The position numbers and the translations under genes were made by a program. Below are positions 1-12,819 of a DNA stretch of 64,000 bases, in pieces; the stretch's first letter is position 1; every line of letters starts with the position of its first letter. The notes below the pieces were generated by a model, which had not been told where the DNA came from, did no database searches, and saw only the letters and a program-made list of their open reading frames with translations. The DNA comes from Camelus ferus (Eukaryota): contig NC_045696.1 of assembly GCF_009834535.1 (NCBI RefSeq), positions 117,058,001 to 117,122,000 of the forward strand, read 5' to 3'.

Positions 1-370
1 ATAGTTATTTTTTATTTATCTACCTATTTCCACTATTTTGTGTTCTTCATTCCTTTGGTATCTCTGAATTTTTATCTTATTTGTATCTATCTTTCAGGTT
101 GAAGAACTTTCTTTAACATTCTTTGTATCATAGATCTTCTGGTGACACATTCCTTAGATTTTTGTTGATCTGAAAATGTATTTCATCTTCAGTTTTGAAG
201 GATACTTTGGTGGCTGTAGAATTCTAGATTTTCTTTTTTCTCCAGCATTTTAAAGATGGCAGCCCATTGTCTACTGGTTCACATTGATTTCGAAGGAAGT
301 CAGTTGTGATGCTTATCCTAGTTCATTCATACAGTGTGTTTTTCTACTTCTGGCTCCTCCCAAGATGTTC
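1..370 (-). mobile_element. Old L1 (L1M-type) fragment
   Basis: T-rich antisense L1-like text (tgaagaactttctttaacatt...tctgaaaatgtatttcatcttcagttttgaaggata...gctgtagaattctag), similar to 28130-28290. Confidence 0.7.
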
Positions 371-530
371 TAGTGACATTTAGAAGAGATCTGTCTCAAG
401 CTTTCCAGGAGTTACTGAGTGTTTTGGAGGGATAGTCTCAATGTCATGGGTGGAGGGAAAAGCTTCTGCAATGATGCCAAGGCAGGAAGGAGAAGCTGGG
501 TCATTATTAAAAAATGAAAGGGGGTTGAGC

Positions 531-712
531 AAAGTGATCAGTTTGTCCTTTTTGCCCAGGACTTGCCCCGTTCTAGCCTTGCATTCTGGGAAACCCCTCA
601 GTATCATGAAAACTGGGCAGTTTGCTCAGGAATAGCCCAGTTTTAAAACCAAAAGTTCTGTATCTTGGGGAACTTCTCAGACTCACACAAATCAGGGTGA
701 CTGGTCATCCTA
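531..712. mobile_element. MER81-like hAT-Blackjack element, two tandem partial copies
   Basis: Repeated tttgcccaggac...ctgggaaacccctcagt / tttgctcaggaa...ttggggaacttctcaga; ends ggtcatccta like the Blackjack terminus. Confidence 0.6.
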
Positions 713-852
713 CATCCACTTGTCTCTTTATCCACCCCTTTCACTCTATCCTGTTTGTTACTAGCTTAGTTCATTTCCATGACATTTTACACTTGGATTG
801 TTACAGTATACTGCTAACTGGTTTTCTTGGTTTTATCATTGGTCCCATACAC

Positions 853-1640
853 TGTTTTGTTTTTCCATTATAGTTTGTTACATTATATTGAATATAATTC
901 CCTGTGCTATAGAGTAGGACCTTGTTGTTTATCTACTTTATATATATATAGTAGTGTGCATCTGTTAACCGCAAATTTCTAATTTATTCCTCCCCTTCCT
1001 GCTTTGGGAACTAGAAGTGTGTTTTCTATGTCTGTGAGTTTGTTTCTGTTTTATAAATAAGTTCATTGGTATCTTCTTTTTAGATTCTACATATAAGTGA
1101 TACCATATGATATTTGTCTTTCTCTGTCTGACTTGCTTCACTTAGTACGATAATCTCTAGGTCTATCCATGTTGCTGCAAATGGCATTATTTCATTCTTT
1201 TTTATGGCTGAGTAATATTCCATTGTGTATATATACCACAACTTCTTTATCTAATCATTTATTGATGGACATTTAGGTTGCTTCTGTGTCTTGGCTATTG
1301 TAAATAGTGCTGATAAGAACATTGGGGTGCATGTATCTTTTCAAATTAGAGTTTCCTTTGGATATACACCCAGGGGTGGGATTGTTGGATCATATGGTAA
1401 CTTTATTTTTAAAGGAGCTTCCATACTGCCCTCCATAGTGGCTGCACCAAGCTACATTCCTGCCAACAGTGTAGGGGGGTTCCCTTTTCTCTACATCCTC
1501 TCCAGCATTTATTATTTGTGGACTTTTTAATGTTGGCAATTCTGACCTGTGTGAGGTGGTACCTCATTGTAGTTTTGATTTGCATTTCTCTGATAATTAG
1601 TGATGTTGAGCATCTTTTCATGTACCTGTTGGCCACCTGT
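853..1640 (-). mobile_element. L1 3' end (ORF2 C-terminus plus 3'UTR), 5'-truncated
   Basis: ORF 1409..1663(-) [28 protein letters not shown]...[30 protein letters not shown] is the L1 ORF2p C-terminus; 3'UTR shared with 46250-46715 and 60420-61097. Confidence 0.95.
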
Positions 1641-3454
1641 ACATACTTTGTTGATTTTAGCACTCATTTTCGAATTTGTGAACACAGAACATGCATAGCT
1701 TCTGAACTACATTTCTTGAAGTCAGTTCTGTATTGGTTTTGCCTTGAGACCAAAGTTTATCTGTCTGCTAGAACTTCAGTATCCATCTGTTTGTTCTAAT
1801 AGTGGAAGAGACCACCAATGGGATGTAGGAAATGATCCATTTTGATTACAGAAAATGCTCTATATTTTCTAGATCCAATGTGTATCAGCTGCCAAAGTCA
1901 AACCAGATCTAGAGTCACTTAATATTTTCTTTACTGACTCGACAGTGCCTGATGGTTTCCAACACTCACAACGTGCGATGAGTTTCCAATGAGCTTTTTT
2001 CCAATCCAGGAGGGATTTGAGTCATTCCTGGTTTCTCAGGTTGCTACTTTAGGAATAAAAATGAATTGTTCCCTGAAAAGAGCAACTCATTAAAATTACA
2101 TATCGAAAGCAGGATTTGGATGCAAACAAAGTGAAGATAGGCAAGCAAGTGGAATGGATTCTGAATTAAACTTGAGCTTGTGGGTGTGGGGAAGTTAGGA
2201 CCTTGTGGTTCCTGGTGAGCACTAAGCCCGTTACTCTGGTCCTCCACTGATGTCTTGATAGAAAAGTCTATGCATTTCTCATCTAGAGCAGTTTTCTGGA
2301 AAGTTAAACAGTTTTTCTAGAGAAACGGTGGGCATCTTAACTACCTTCAAGAAGTCGTGAATGAATTTATTATACCAGGGCAAAATATGTACACCCTCAG
2401 CAGCACATGGAGGGAAGTTGTTCATTCTATCTTCTGTTGCGTCTATGTCCAATTAATATCATCCTTGCCAAAAATGCTCATAAAATTATCTAATCCTGTA
2501 ACCCCTCCAAGGAGATATTTGATGTGCACTTTGGCAAATGAATTACTTGGTGGCTAGAAAACCAGAGACTTTGGAGTTGAACTCCATGGCTTGGAGGTCA
2601 TTCAGTGAGACAGCTTTGAACTTGAATTTTTTTTGGCAGCAACTACCTTTCTTCAAACATAATCTTGTACAAAAATGTAGTGTATAAAAGAAAAAAAAAA
2701 AAGAGTATTCCTCTGAATGAAACATGGGAGTGTGACTGTTCACCTTTCCCTCCTCCATTATTTGCAAATTATGAAGAAACAGAGTTATCAGAATTTACAA
2801 AAGTATTGTGCCAAGCTTGCACAAAATTGTAATGTAACAGAACTGTAATGTAATGTACCATCAACTGTATGGAAAATTGCTCCCCATATTATATGCCTGT
2901 AAAGAACACAGCAGAAAGGTACAGTTTCACTATTGGTTTGAAACTGGATACATCACATATTGCAACATTTAAAAAGAGCTCAAAAGAAGCCTTCCTCAAA
3001 ATACTAGTGTTATGTGTAAACTTCCTCTTTGAAGTGGTGAAGTGTTATCTCTTTCAAATTCATCTTTATAAACAAAATAAGAAGGCTAACAATCAACATC
3101 AAAAGAAAGTTACATTTTTTTCAGAATCCGTTAGAGATTTTAACTCATAGAAATATAAACTCATTTTTGCTTCTGATATTTTGTTTTTGTATTCTTTGTT
3201 TTGTTTTTTGTATTTGTATTCTATGGCAGTGCCCTAAATAAGTGGAATCTCTTCTTCAGATCAAATTTTGTGCAAGCTCAGTGGATAAGGTAACTTGAGG
3301 TTGAATTATTTCAACTGAATCAAGGATAGGGTCCCGGAACACTTACTCCTTGCCTCCCCAGTGTGCCTGCCTTCCAGCCGTCTAAGCATCTGTCTTCTGA
3401 GGTCCAGACCTCCTCTCTGCTGGGGTAGAAGCCACTCTTCTAGAGGCTGTAAGG

Positions 3455-3590
3455 CAGAGTGCTGAAGGAAGAAGGCTCCGGAGTCCTTGAAACCTAGATT
3501 TGACTCACCTCACCTCTCTGCCTTTATTAATTTGTCCACCCACTCTCCCCGAGTTTGGATTTCCTCATCTGGGAAATGAGAACAGTTGCC
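3455..3590 (+). mobile_element. MIR fragment
   Basis: MIR core tttcctcatctgggaaatgagaacag. Confidence 0.65.
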
Positions 3591-3595
3591 GTCGA

Positions 3596-3614
3596 TAGTC
3601 GCCAGAGGGCGCTG
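3596..3614 (+). promoter_or_regulatory. CTCF motif (forward)
   Basis: TAGTCGCCAGAGGGCGCTG matches the CTCF core CCRSYAGRKGGCRS closely; binding not shown. Confidence 0.55.
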
Positions 3615-3844
3615 CCATCACTCCCTTCTCTCTCTCTGGGTCCACGCGGCTCCATCCATGAAGAGCGAAATTCCACTCCCCATCCCCCAGAGGGGAAGCC
3701 AGCCCCGTGAATTCCTTTTACCAAGAGATTGGAGAGGAAATGGCTTTGGGCCAGTTCCAGTCAGGAACCTTAAGAAGCCTAGTCCTTCTGCTCAGGAAAG
3801 CCAACTGCCACGCTCTAAAGAAACTTAGGTGAGACGATTAGGGG

Positions 3845-4109
3845 GAGGAAAAACCACATCGTGGCAGAGGCTGCAGGAAGGGACGCAGAGGCCCCTGATC
3901 CTGAGTGGGGTCTCCGTGGGTCTTCCAGCCCAGCCCCGCCAGCAGCTGAGGCCAGATGGGCGTGTGACCCCCACGCAGCGCGGGAGCCCCGCAGCGAGAC
4001 ACTCCTGAATTGGTGACCCACCTCACAGTGAGAAACGATCACCAGTTGTTGTACATCCACCCACCTCATTTTGGAGTGGCGTGCCAGGGAGCAGCAGATC
4101 ACCGACACA
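3845..4109 (+). mobile_element. MLT1-type MaLR LTR fragment, CpG-rich
   Basis: ctcctgaattggtgacccac...gtgagaaacga...ttttggagtgg...gcagcagatcaccgacaca resembles the MLT1 3' end. Confidence 0.6.
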
Positions 4110-4239
4110 GAGAGAATCCATCTGGTGTGGCGGTTGCTGGGATTAAATGAGTAGCGATAACACGGCATCCCGTGGGGGACACTGCAGTCAAATTCAGCTG
4201 TGATTCGCGATTGGACGGCACCACGGAGGCAGGATTCCA

Positions 4240-4570
4240 GGGACCCGTCCCTTTGTGGGCCTGACGTTCTAGAAGGAGCAGACAGAAATAATAAATATGG
4301 AAATGGTATCGTTTGTTAGTATGTGGTAAATCCTATGGAAAAATGGAACTGTGTGGGGAGCTATCCATGTACGCAGCAGGAAAGAACATTCCAGAGAAAG
4401 GACACAGCTCGTACAAACGCTGAAGGCAGGAGCCTGCCTGGACTGGCCGGGGTTCCGTCAAGACGTCACAGTGGCTGGAACACAGTGGGCAGAGTGGAGC
4501 GTGGAGGAGGCAATGGCGGTGGTGGGAGAGGCCGGGGGTGGGGGGGGGGTGTAAACCATTGTGAGGTCTT
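4240..4570 (-). mobile_element. L2 fragment
   Basis: gaacattccagagaaaggacacagc...aaggcaggagcctgcctgga...gtggctggaacacagtgggcag, typical antisense L2. Confidence 0.65.
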
Positions 4571-4714
4571 CGGCTGTGCTAAACATCAAGAAAGGTGTTC
4601 GTGTAATGAAAAGTGATGCTTTCTTCCTTTCCCAAACTATGAGATGGAAACTCAGCAACAGCTGAAACACCTGGCATTATTGCCTAACCCTTATCGCTAC
4701 CTACAATGAATGAT

Positions 4715-4890
4715 CATGTTTCATTCACTGGCTTACCTGGGCATTCCGCCAGTCCTATGAAAATGTAAGGTTTATAAAAACACGAATCTCCCCTTTTCAT
4801 TGCATCCCTGTATCTGCAAAACCTAAGAGCTCCTGTCACAGAATAGAGGCTCAAGAAATAGTTTTGCTTAAAGGAATTCATGGATGAAAA
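4715..4890 (+). mobile_element. L2 3' end
   Basis: atgtaag...ctgtatctgcaaaacctaaga...gaatagaggctcaagaaatagttttg...atggatgaa. Confidence 0.55.
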
Positions 4891-6745
4891 AATTCGTTCA
4901 TGACAAACATATCCTCAGTGCTTCATAGTTTACAGAAGGCTTTTCTGTAAGTTATCTCATTCTACAATACTGCCAGGTAAGTAATCTTTCTCCATGTCAT
5001 CAATATTATGATATTATAATATTATTCTAAGTGGAGACTGAGATGAAGTCTTAAAGGTCTTGCTCAGGGGGTCTCCCTGAGGATCAGAGGCAGGGGAGCT
5101 GAGCTAGTTTCAGCAGGTCTGCAAAGTTTTTATGTTACTATCTCATTTTTTTTTTTTAAAGTGTGTCACACCACACGTTTTCACTTCATCTCTAAAGAAA
5201 TTTTGTCATACATTTAAATAAGTTTAAAGGATGTAATTTCTAGCCTAATGAAAATTTGATACCTCTCTTTTACGTGCAACAAATCCAACCTGAGTACAGG
5301 AGCCATTTGACATCCACTCCTGTCCTTTCTAAAGCAGGTATACGCAAGATTTTCTTTAACAGTAGGAAATCTTTACATATTTCTTTTTTTGCATTAAATT
5401 CATCTTTCCTTGAATTCCTATTTCCATTTTACTTCCTCCACAGGATTTTATCTTAAAAGATATTTTATATTTGAAAGGCTCGAATTGCTCACACCATCAA
5501 AATTCTCTGCAACAAAATGGTGCACATAAATTGAAATTTAAATATTTTATTTCTTATGACAGTAAGGTTCCAGGTTGAGTTTCTTTACAGTTATTATTAA
5601 TACATAACTAATAAAAGTGACACAGATCCATTACAAATGTTAATAAATAATCAGCATAAAAAGGAGAAATTTATTGCACTTCTTAAGGAGATGAAAAGGG
5701 ATTTTCTCCAGGCATGGGGGATAAATTATACTTATTTTTTTTAAGCACAGGGTTTAGTGTCAGTTGTATTACTATTTAATATTATTTTTCTGATGAAAAC
5801 ATGTTTGCATAAACAGATGAGAATGACGAGTTATGTTACTAGCAACGACCCTTCGACTCTTTGACAGCTCTTCCAAGCTATATAACAAAAATTACTTAGT
5901 GATTGAAATCAAAAATTATGTTTCATAATCTGCATGCTGATAACTCAGACAAGTTGCAAAAAGCAGAGAATTAGAAAGCACCTAACCTGAGACAGGGTTT
6001 GCTACCTTAGGTATCCCTTCCTGGCACCTGTGCCGATGCTGGGAAACAATTCTTTGTCGTGTGCAGCAGAGGAGTTTCCCTGTTGGGCACAGCAGCAGAT
6101 GCGAGGTGTGCTTAGGCAGTGTGGAGGGGAGGGTGTAAAAGGGGAAGTGAGAAAGTAGCATGTATGAAGTATTCCCAAGTAGGTTAATTTTAGATGAGAC
6201 TACATATGGAAATTGATTCTCTTAAAGATATCTACGTGGCCAGGTACCCCTTGGGAACCCAGTGATTCCCAGACCCTGCGGTGAAGACAGCTGTCAGAGG
6301 ACAGGCTGCACAATTGCCTGGTATAAGAAGGGGCAATGACTGTAGTAACCAGAAAATACCCCCTAGAAACATAAGCACCAAGGAAGCACGAGTTGGGAGA
6401 ATGAGGCACAGAGACAGAGGAGGTTCTGTAGAACACGGGCACAAGGTGGCTGGTTCAGGGCCACCGTACAGAAGCCTGGGCAGCTGGGGATGGGGGTGAG
6501 GGTGGAAGCCACTGGGATAGGGTCTGTTGGAAGGTATCTAAGGAGCTGTCACCTCCAGATCACTGGGAATTTTTACATGAAACTTCTCTTAGAATCCTTG
6601 GGAAAATGTGATAGAAGAGAGGAAAAAAATAAAATGTGAAAGAGGAGCCAGGGAAAGATAATCATAACGTCGTCGTGTACTAGTTTAAATATTTTGTTTG
6701 CATGTTATCTGCTATAGTCAAGTAAACAACGCAGACGATGTGGAG

Positions 6746-7057
6746 CTGCACAATCCAATATGGCAGCTCCTGGCCACGCGCGGCCACCGGGCACTTGACA
6801 CAGGACTGACCCTTGTGAAGGTGTGCTGTGTGTGTGACCTACACCAGATTTCAAAGACGTAGAGTGAAGAAAATAACGTGAAATAGCTCGTTAACATTTG
6901 TGTCGACTGCCTCTTAAAATGGTGATTTGGGGGGATATACTGTGTTGAATAAAAGAATATTATTAATAATTTCAACTTTCTTTTGGCTTTTTTTTAATGT
7001 AGTTACTAAAACATTCTAAATTGTGCACGTGGCCTGTGTTTTCTCGTGGGTATTGCT
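6746..7057 (-). mobile_element. MER33-like hAT-Charlie element
   Basis: ctgcacaatccaatatggcagc...gcacttga...acaccagatttcaaagac...taatgtagttactaaaacattctaaatt matches the MER33 layout. Confidence 0.8.
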
Positions 7058-8805
7058 GGGCTAGGGCTTTTCTATCTGAGGAATTTCTGGAATCAAAATA
7101 ACTTTTGGATAATTTGAAGGTCATTATTATGAAAGAAAATTAAAAGAAAGGGGAAAACCAAAAGACCACTTTGTAAAATGTTTAAAATGTGAAAGATATC
7201 AATAAATGCTCAAGATATAGTAACTAAATAAAGCACTATTAAAACAGCATCGTGAGTTACAATCCCAAACCTGAAAAAAAATTAAGCCTACACATGGATA
7301 AATGACTGGAAAATTCATCACAAAAATATTAACAGTTGATGTGGGATCATGTGTGATTGTGGCTTTTCATTATGCCTTTTTATTTTCTAATGATCTGAAA
7401 TAGACATGCATAATTTTATTATTACTTTTAGAAACAGTGTCTTGGGAAAATGTCCTTTTCTTATTTATTTACAAAATATTTAATAAAAATTATACGTAGG
7501 AAAAGTGGACAGAAGCAATGAGAAATGCTTATTTCTTCCATCTGGAGCAGTATACAATAGCATAATTACGTGACAGATGGCAATTATTTTAGGAATACCT
7601 TATAGTTTCCTTCCTTAGTTGTCCGTTATCAGTTGGACTCACTCTCTTTCATTATCAATAAATGTCAAAGTCAAGGGTGTCAAGAAGAAGAAGGCATTAC
7701 ATTTTCTTGAAAATACCAAGGGAAGAACCACGAAAAGAATTTACTCAATTTTTCAAAAGCACTGACTGCAAGGGAAATCTTTCTAATTGGCCACCACACT
7801 AAAGCCCAAGAGCATGAAAAGCATTTCATGGAGCTAATCCCCATACAAGAAAACAAAAATAGGAATGAATTGATTTGCAGAGCTCTGTGATACGGCTCCA
7901 AATATCCAGCTATGGTTTATCAACACAGAATGGAAACTGACTTGCATTCTCCCAGAATTTGCATCCTTAGCATGTACTTTTAAAAATTGTTTTTGGTTTG
8001 CTAGAGCAGTAAATTTCTAATTAGACTCAACTAGCTAAAGAGAATTCTGCAGTCCCCCAAGTATCTAATTTATAATCAAGGAGGTATTCCACCGAGACAG
8101 TGTGAATCTGTTTGCACCCATGTCTGGTTCAGAAGCTTCTAAACTTTCAGGGAAAAGGATTCCTTGAAAGTGAGTATACGCAGCCCAACAAATGAGAGAA
8201 GCACTGAGGTCTGCCGCCTTCGGAGCGACAGAGGCAAGAAGCCTGCTTAATTAAGAAAAGGCAGTGTATGTCAATTCAGCAAGAGGGCAACGGTTCAGCT
8301 TTCACACCGATCACTGATCTGCTTTTTAACCTTCTCCAGCTCATCAGCTTCTTTCTGGTCGTAATAACTGCTTTATTGTGTTGTGTGTCTCCTGAGGGTC
8401 AAGAATCGAAGAAGAGACATGCATGGAAATTTCAGGACGGGGTCTTTCAAGCTGTCTTTCTCCGTAGCTCACTTCAACATGCAGGACTTACTGGGCCAAC
8501 TCTGTCAGCAGAAGAAGGCTCCTCTGTTACCCTTTTCACTGCAGTGAAAGATATGAGTTAAACTGAAATAGATGGAAGTGGGCAGAACACTGTCATTTTA
8601 GAAAACATGATATGTGCTCTAGTGGAGAGTCATACATGTGTCCGAAGTACCCTAAAAACACAGAGGACAGAGCAATTCAGAGCAATTCTGTTCTGCTTAT
8701 CAAATAGGGTTATCAGTTTGGAGAGGCCTGTGCGAAGAGGCGGGATACTTGGGCACATTCTTGCCAGTAAGAGAGTTAAAAGCAAGTGGGGTAGATGGTC
8801 CATAC

Positions 8806-8890
8806 CAGTGGTCCCCAGTGGTCCCCAGACATTAACACAGATCACCGGGCCTCGCCCCTGGAGTTTCTGATTGAGTAGTTTGGAAGTGGG
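8806..8890. mobile_element. Truncated MER5A-like fragment
   Basis: cagtggtcccca start (tandemly doubled), then cagatcaccgggcctcgcccctggagtttctgattgagtag. Confidence 0.6.
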
Positions 8891-9074
8891 ATATATAGAC
8901 CACACCTTCTTTATCCAGCCATTTGTCGATGAACGTTTAGGTTGGCGTTTGGCTTGGCTATTGTACATAGCGCTTCTGTGAACATGGGGTGCATGTATCT
9001 TTTCAAATTAGTGTTTTCATCTTTTCTGGATATGTGCCCAGGAGTGGGATAGCTGGATCATGTGATAACTCTAA
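8891..9074 (-). mobile_element. Internal L1 fragment without 3' tail
   Basis: accacaccttctttatccagccatttgtcgatgaac...ccaggagtgggatagctggatcatg; homologous to 1230-1400. Confidence 0.85.
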
Positions 9075-9084
9075 CTTTTGATAA

Positions 9085-9830
9085 CCATTTGGGAGTTTTG
9101 TTTTTATTATTTCAGGCTATTAAAAATATCCCTGCTATGAACATTCTGGTACATGACGTTTGTACATTTATGCATACATCTATTGGTAGGAGTGGAAACG
9201 CTGGATCATAAAGTCTTTATATATTAAGCTTAATGAATACTGACAATTTCCAAAGTAGTGTTACTAACTTGTACTTCCACAAACTGGGTATAAGCGTTCT
9301 GATCACTCTACACCCTGATCAAAACTTGCTGGTGTCTGTCTTTTTCATTTTAGCAATTCTAGGGGATGTGTATAGCATCTCATTGTGGTTTTATTTACAT
9401 TTCACTATAGTTAATGCAGTGAATCTTTTTTCAGTGTTTGCTGGACATTTGTATATCTTCTTTTGTGAAGTGTCCTTTTAACTCTTTAGCACGTTTTTCT
9501 ACTGGATTATCTGTGATTTTGTTATTAATTTGTAGGAAATATTTGTGTTCAAGATAAGAATTATTTGTTTGATGCATGTAATCCAAACCTCTTCTTTCAG
9601 TCAAGGTCTTGCCTTTTGCTTTCTACTTGGTGTCTTTTGATAAATAGATGCTCTTAATTTTAATACATACTAATTTATTGTTTCTTTTATGGTTAGAGCT
9701 TTTTGCACCATGTTCGAGGCATTTCTGTATCCTCCAAAGGCAGAAATATATTATTCAATAGACCCAGAAATATTTATTGAAATTAGTATCTTTTCCCTAT
9801 TGTTCTGAACCATTCCTTTGTTACATATCT
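9085..9830 (-). mobile_element. Old L1 (L1ME-type) fragment
   Basis: ctgctatgaacattctggtacat...ttccaaagtagtgttactaacttgtacttccac...catctcattgtggttttattt. Confidence 0.75.
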
Positions 9831-10139
9831 AGAGATTAGTTTTTGTAATTTATTTGTTGTCTGAAACACAGGAATAAAGTGGGTACCCTGGGATGAAAGA
9901 CAAGGGAACAGAGTAAAAAGGGATTGAATTCAGATGCATGAGGTTGTCAGTGATTAAGGTGAGGGCTGGAGAGACACAGAAGGAGCAGACAACAGGCAGT
10001 GGGATGTTTTCCAATCAGCACTAAGTTTCTTGGAGAACCCGGTTTACAGGCTGGAGTCCCTGGGCACCAGTCCTGGGAGCATCCTTCTTTCTTTTAGAAG
10101 AAAAAGTTGAAATAAAAACTGTGTGGATAATTTTCAGAA

Positions 10140-10275
10140 AACATAGTTTCCTCAGCTGTAAAATGGGTATAACAATTCCTTGGGTTTCTGTAAAAACAAA
10201 TGAGTAAATATTAGAAACACTTAGAAGTTTGCCTACCTTGAATATAGTGACATGCAGGTTTAACAATATTATTAT
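10140..10275 (+). mobile_element. MIR fragment
   Basis: agtttcctcagctgtaaaatgggtataacaa. Confidence 0.7.
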
Positions 10276-10649
10276 TCTATTTACTATTTATTAAGGTCCT
10301 GAATTTTCCATTGCTAGATGTGATTTATATTTTTTCCACAAAAGAAAGGCGCATACTGTGCTTTGAAAATTCCTATGAGAAATCAACCTGTCTGGAGATG
10401 GTGCTTACTTTTAGTGTTAATGTTCTAACAGAAATCTGTTGGGGAGGTGGGGTAGACATACAACTCTGCCTCTCCAGTATACTCAGTGAGAAAGGGGTGG
10501 TTGCAGTCAAGTGACATCAGGAGCCATGATTTATCGCCAGAGGAGGTTATAACAGTTGTTAAAACATGAGTTCTTTTGAAAGCCATCTTATCTATAGAGC
10601 ATGGCAGTTCTGTATGAGAAATTCTTACTCTTTTGTTGTTATTTATTGT

Positions 10650-12231
10650 TTGCTTTTGTTTTTATGAAATATTTCACACACACAGAAGATTACATATTAA
10701 ACACGTAAAGAATAGTGATAAATGAAACCTATGTACCCACCATGCTGGTTAAGAAATGGTACGTCACCCGTTGTATGTGAAGATTCTGTTTGCCCAAGTC
10801 ACACCTTACCTCATACCCGCGTGTGAAAACTATTTAGAACATTGTTCATATCATCACCATGCATTTCTTTCTAGCTTTCCACATATGGATTTCTAATTAA
10901 AATGCATTATTTTGTTTTGCATAAGTTTGAACTTTCCTAGAAGGATATCGTATGTCTTATTCTGAAACTTGTTCTTCCAGTTAAAACTTTTATTGTAAGT
11001 TTTCCATCTTAATTCATATACTTGGAGTTCAGTCATCTCACTGCTGTATGGCATTCCTTCGTATAAATCTGTTTGTTCTCTGGATGAACATTTGAGTTGT
11101 TTGTAGTATTTTACTAAAAGCAATGCTGCTGTGATCACTTGTGTGCATCTATGTAAACAGATGTTTGTGTTTGGGTTTTCCCTGGAGAAGAATTTTCTGG
11201 GTAATCAGTGGTGCACATCTTCAAATGTAATAAATAATGTCTAATTGTTTTCCAAAATAAGAGTAGAAATATATGTGCCCAAGAGTAGTGAAAATGGTCC
11301 CCTGCTGCACCACAGCCTCAGAAACAGATGGTATTGTCATATTTTAAAATTTCTGCCAATTATGTCAAGTAAAAGTATATTTCATAGTGGATTTAATTTG
11401 CATTTCCCTAATTATTAGTAAGATGACCATCATTTCATGTCTATTTCCATTCATGTGGGCTCTTCTGTGAAAGACAGTTCAGTAATTTTGCCTATTTTTC
11501 TGTTGGGTTGTTTGTCTTTTTTCCTCCTATATTGTAAGGAATTCTTCATAAAGTCTGGATATTAAAACCTTTGTCAGTGCTAAGTGTTATGTTATCTTAT
11601 CTTTGCTTTTGGCCTGTCTTTTCATTTCTTTATAAGGTCTTTTCATGAAAAAGTATTTAATTTTAATGTAAAATTTCCTTAACGTTCTTGATATTCACAT
11701 CATTTGTATGTTTTTTTGAATACTATTTTTAATACTGGGATTATAAAGCATTTTTACTCTGTCTTCTGTAAGCACTAAAAATTTTCAGTTTGAAATGTAA
11801 GCCCTTAACATGCTTTGAATTGATTTTATTTTTTTCCATATAAATAAGCAATTATTCCAGTTCAACTTTTGATTAGTTTAACCGCTGATGAGAAATGCCA
11901 GCTCTATCATAAAATAAGCTTCTATTTTTGTATTATTTTGTTTCTTGGATTCACTTCCATTTCCCTGTGCATTTATAGCTCCCCAAATACCGCATTGTCT
12001 TTACTTCTGTGGTTTTATAACAAGTGATATAAACCTCTCCTTCTATTCTCCATGTTAATAGTATCATATGTATTCTTGGACTTTTGTTTTTTCATCTATA
12101 TTTAAAATTTGTTTGTCAAGGTCAACAAAAATGCTGTTGGAAATTTTATTAGAATTGCCCTGAACTAAAGATCAATTTAAGAAAAATGGTTATTTGCATA
12201 ATATTGCTCTTTCCTATCCATGAACATGGTA
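10650..12231 (-). mobile_element. Old L1 (L1ME-type) 3' region
   Basis: Long antisense L1 text ending ...ttcctatccatgaacatggta; its continuation lies inverted at 12820-13006. Confidence 0.8.
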
Positions 12232-12360
12232 TGGTTTTCCTAGTGATTAGTGACACTGAGTATCTTTTCATGTGTCTGCTGGCCATCTGTATGTCTTATT
12301 TAGGTCCTTTGCCCACTTTTTAATCGAGGTTTTTTTTTTTGTTTGATGCTGAGTTGTTAC
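12232..12360 (-). mobile_element. Younger L1 ORF2 fragment (upstream part of the 13007-13268 element)
   Basis: Reverse complement ...aaagtgggcaaaggacctaaat...acatacagatggccagcagacacatgaaaagatactcagtgtcactaatcactaggaaaacca. Confidence 0.85.
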
Positions 12361-12819
12361 TAAGTATTTTCCTTTTGTATAACTCTGTGCTGTCTTCATG
12401 ATTATGTGAATGTGTCAATTCTATATGTCCTCAGGCATGAGTCCACAAGACCAGCCTAGTGGCATGGGATAGAGTAAAACCAGCCATCCCATAGCCCTGT
12501 GCCACTTTTGATAATTAATTCCCACTTCTTGACCCTACAGTGAACTACATGGAGCTGCCATGGCTGTGATAACTTGTCCAAATTAAACACCTCTCAAGGC
12601 ACAGTGAGTCTACAGTGATGGACTCCAGGGGAGAAAGGAGTAAATTAGAAAAGAGAAGAGCTTTAGTGTAGCTCAAGGGCTGGCACCCACTAAAGGGTAA
12701 CTATCAATGTAAATTACATCATTTGACACAGCAGAACACATGTACACCTACTAATCACTAACCGAGAAGTGAAGCCTCCATTTAAAAGATAGATGCCATA
12801 AGAAGTTCACTAATATGTA

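Noticed and set aside
1409..1663. 84-aa ORF as a gene
   Set aside because: L1 ORF2 C-terminal remnant
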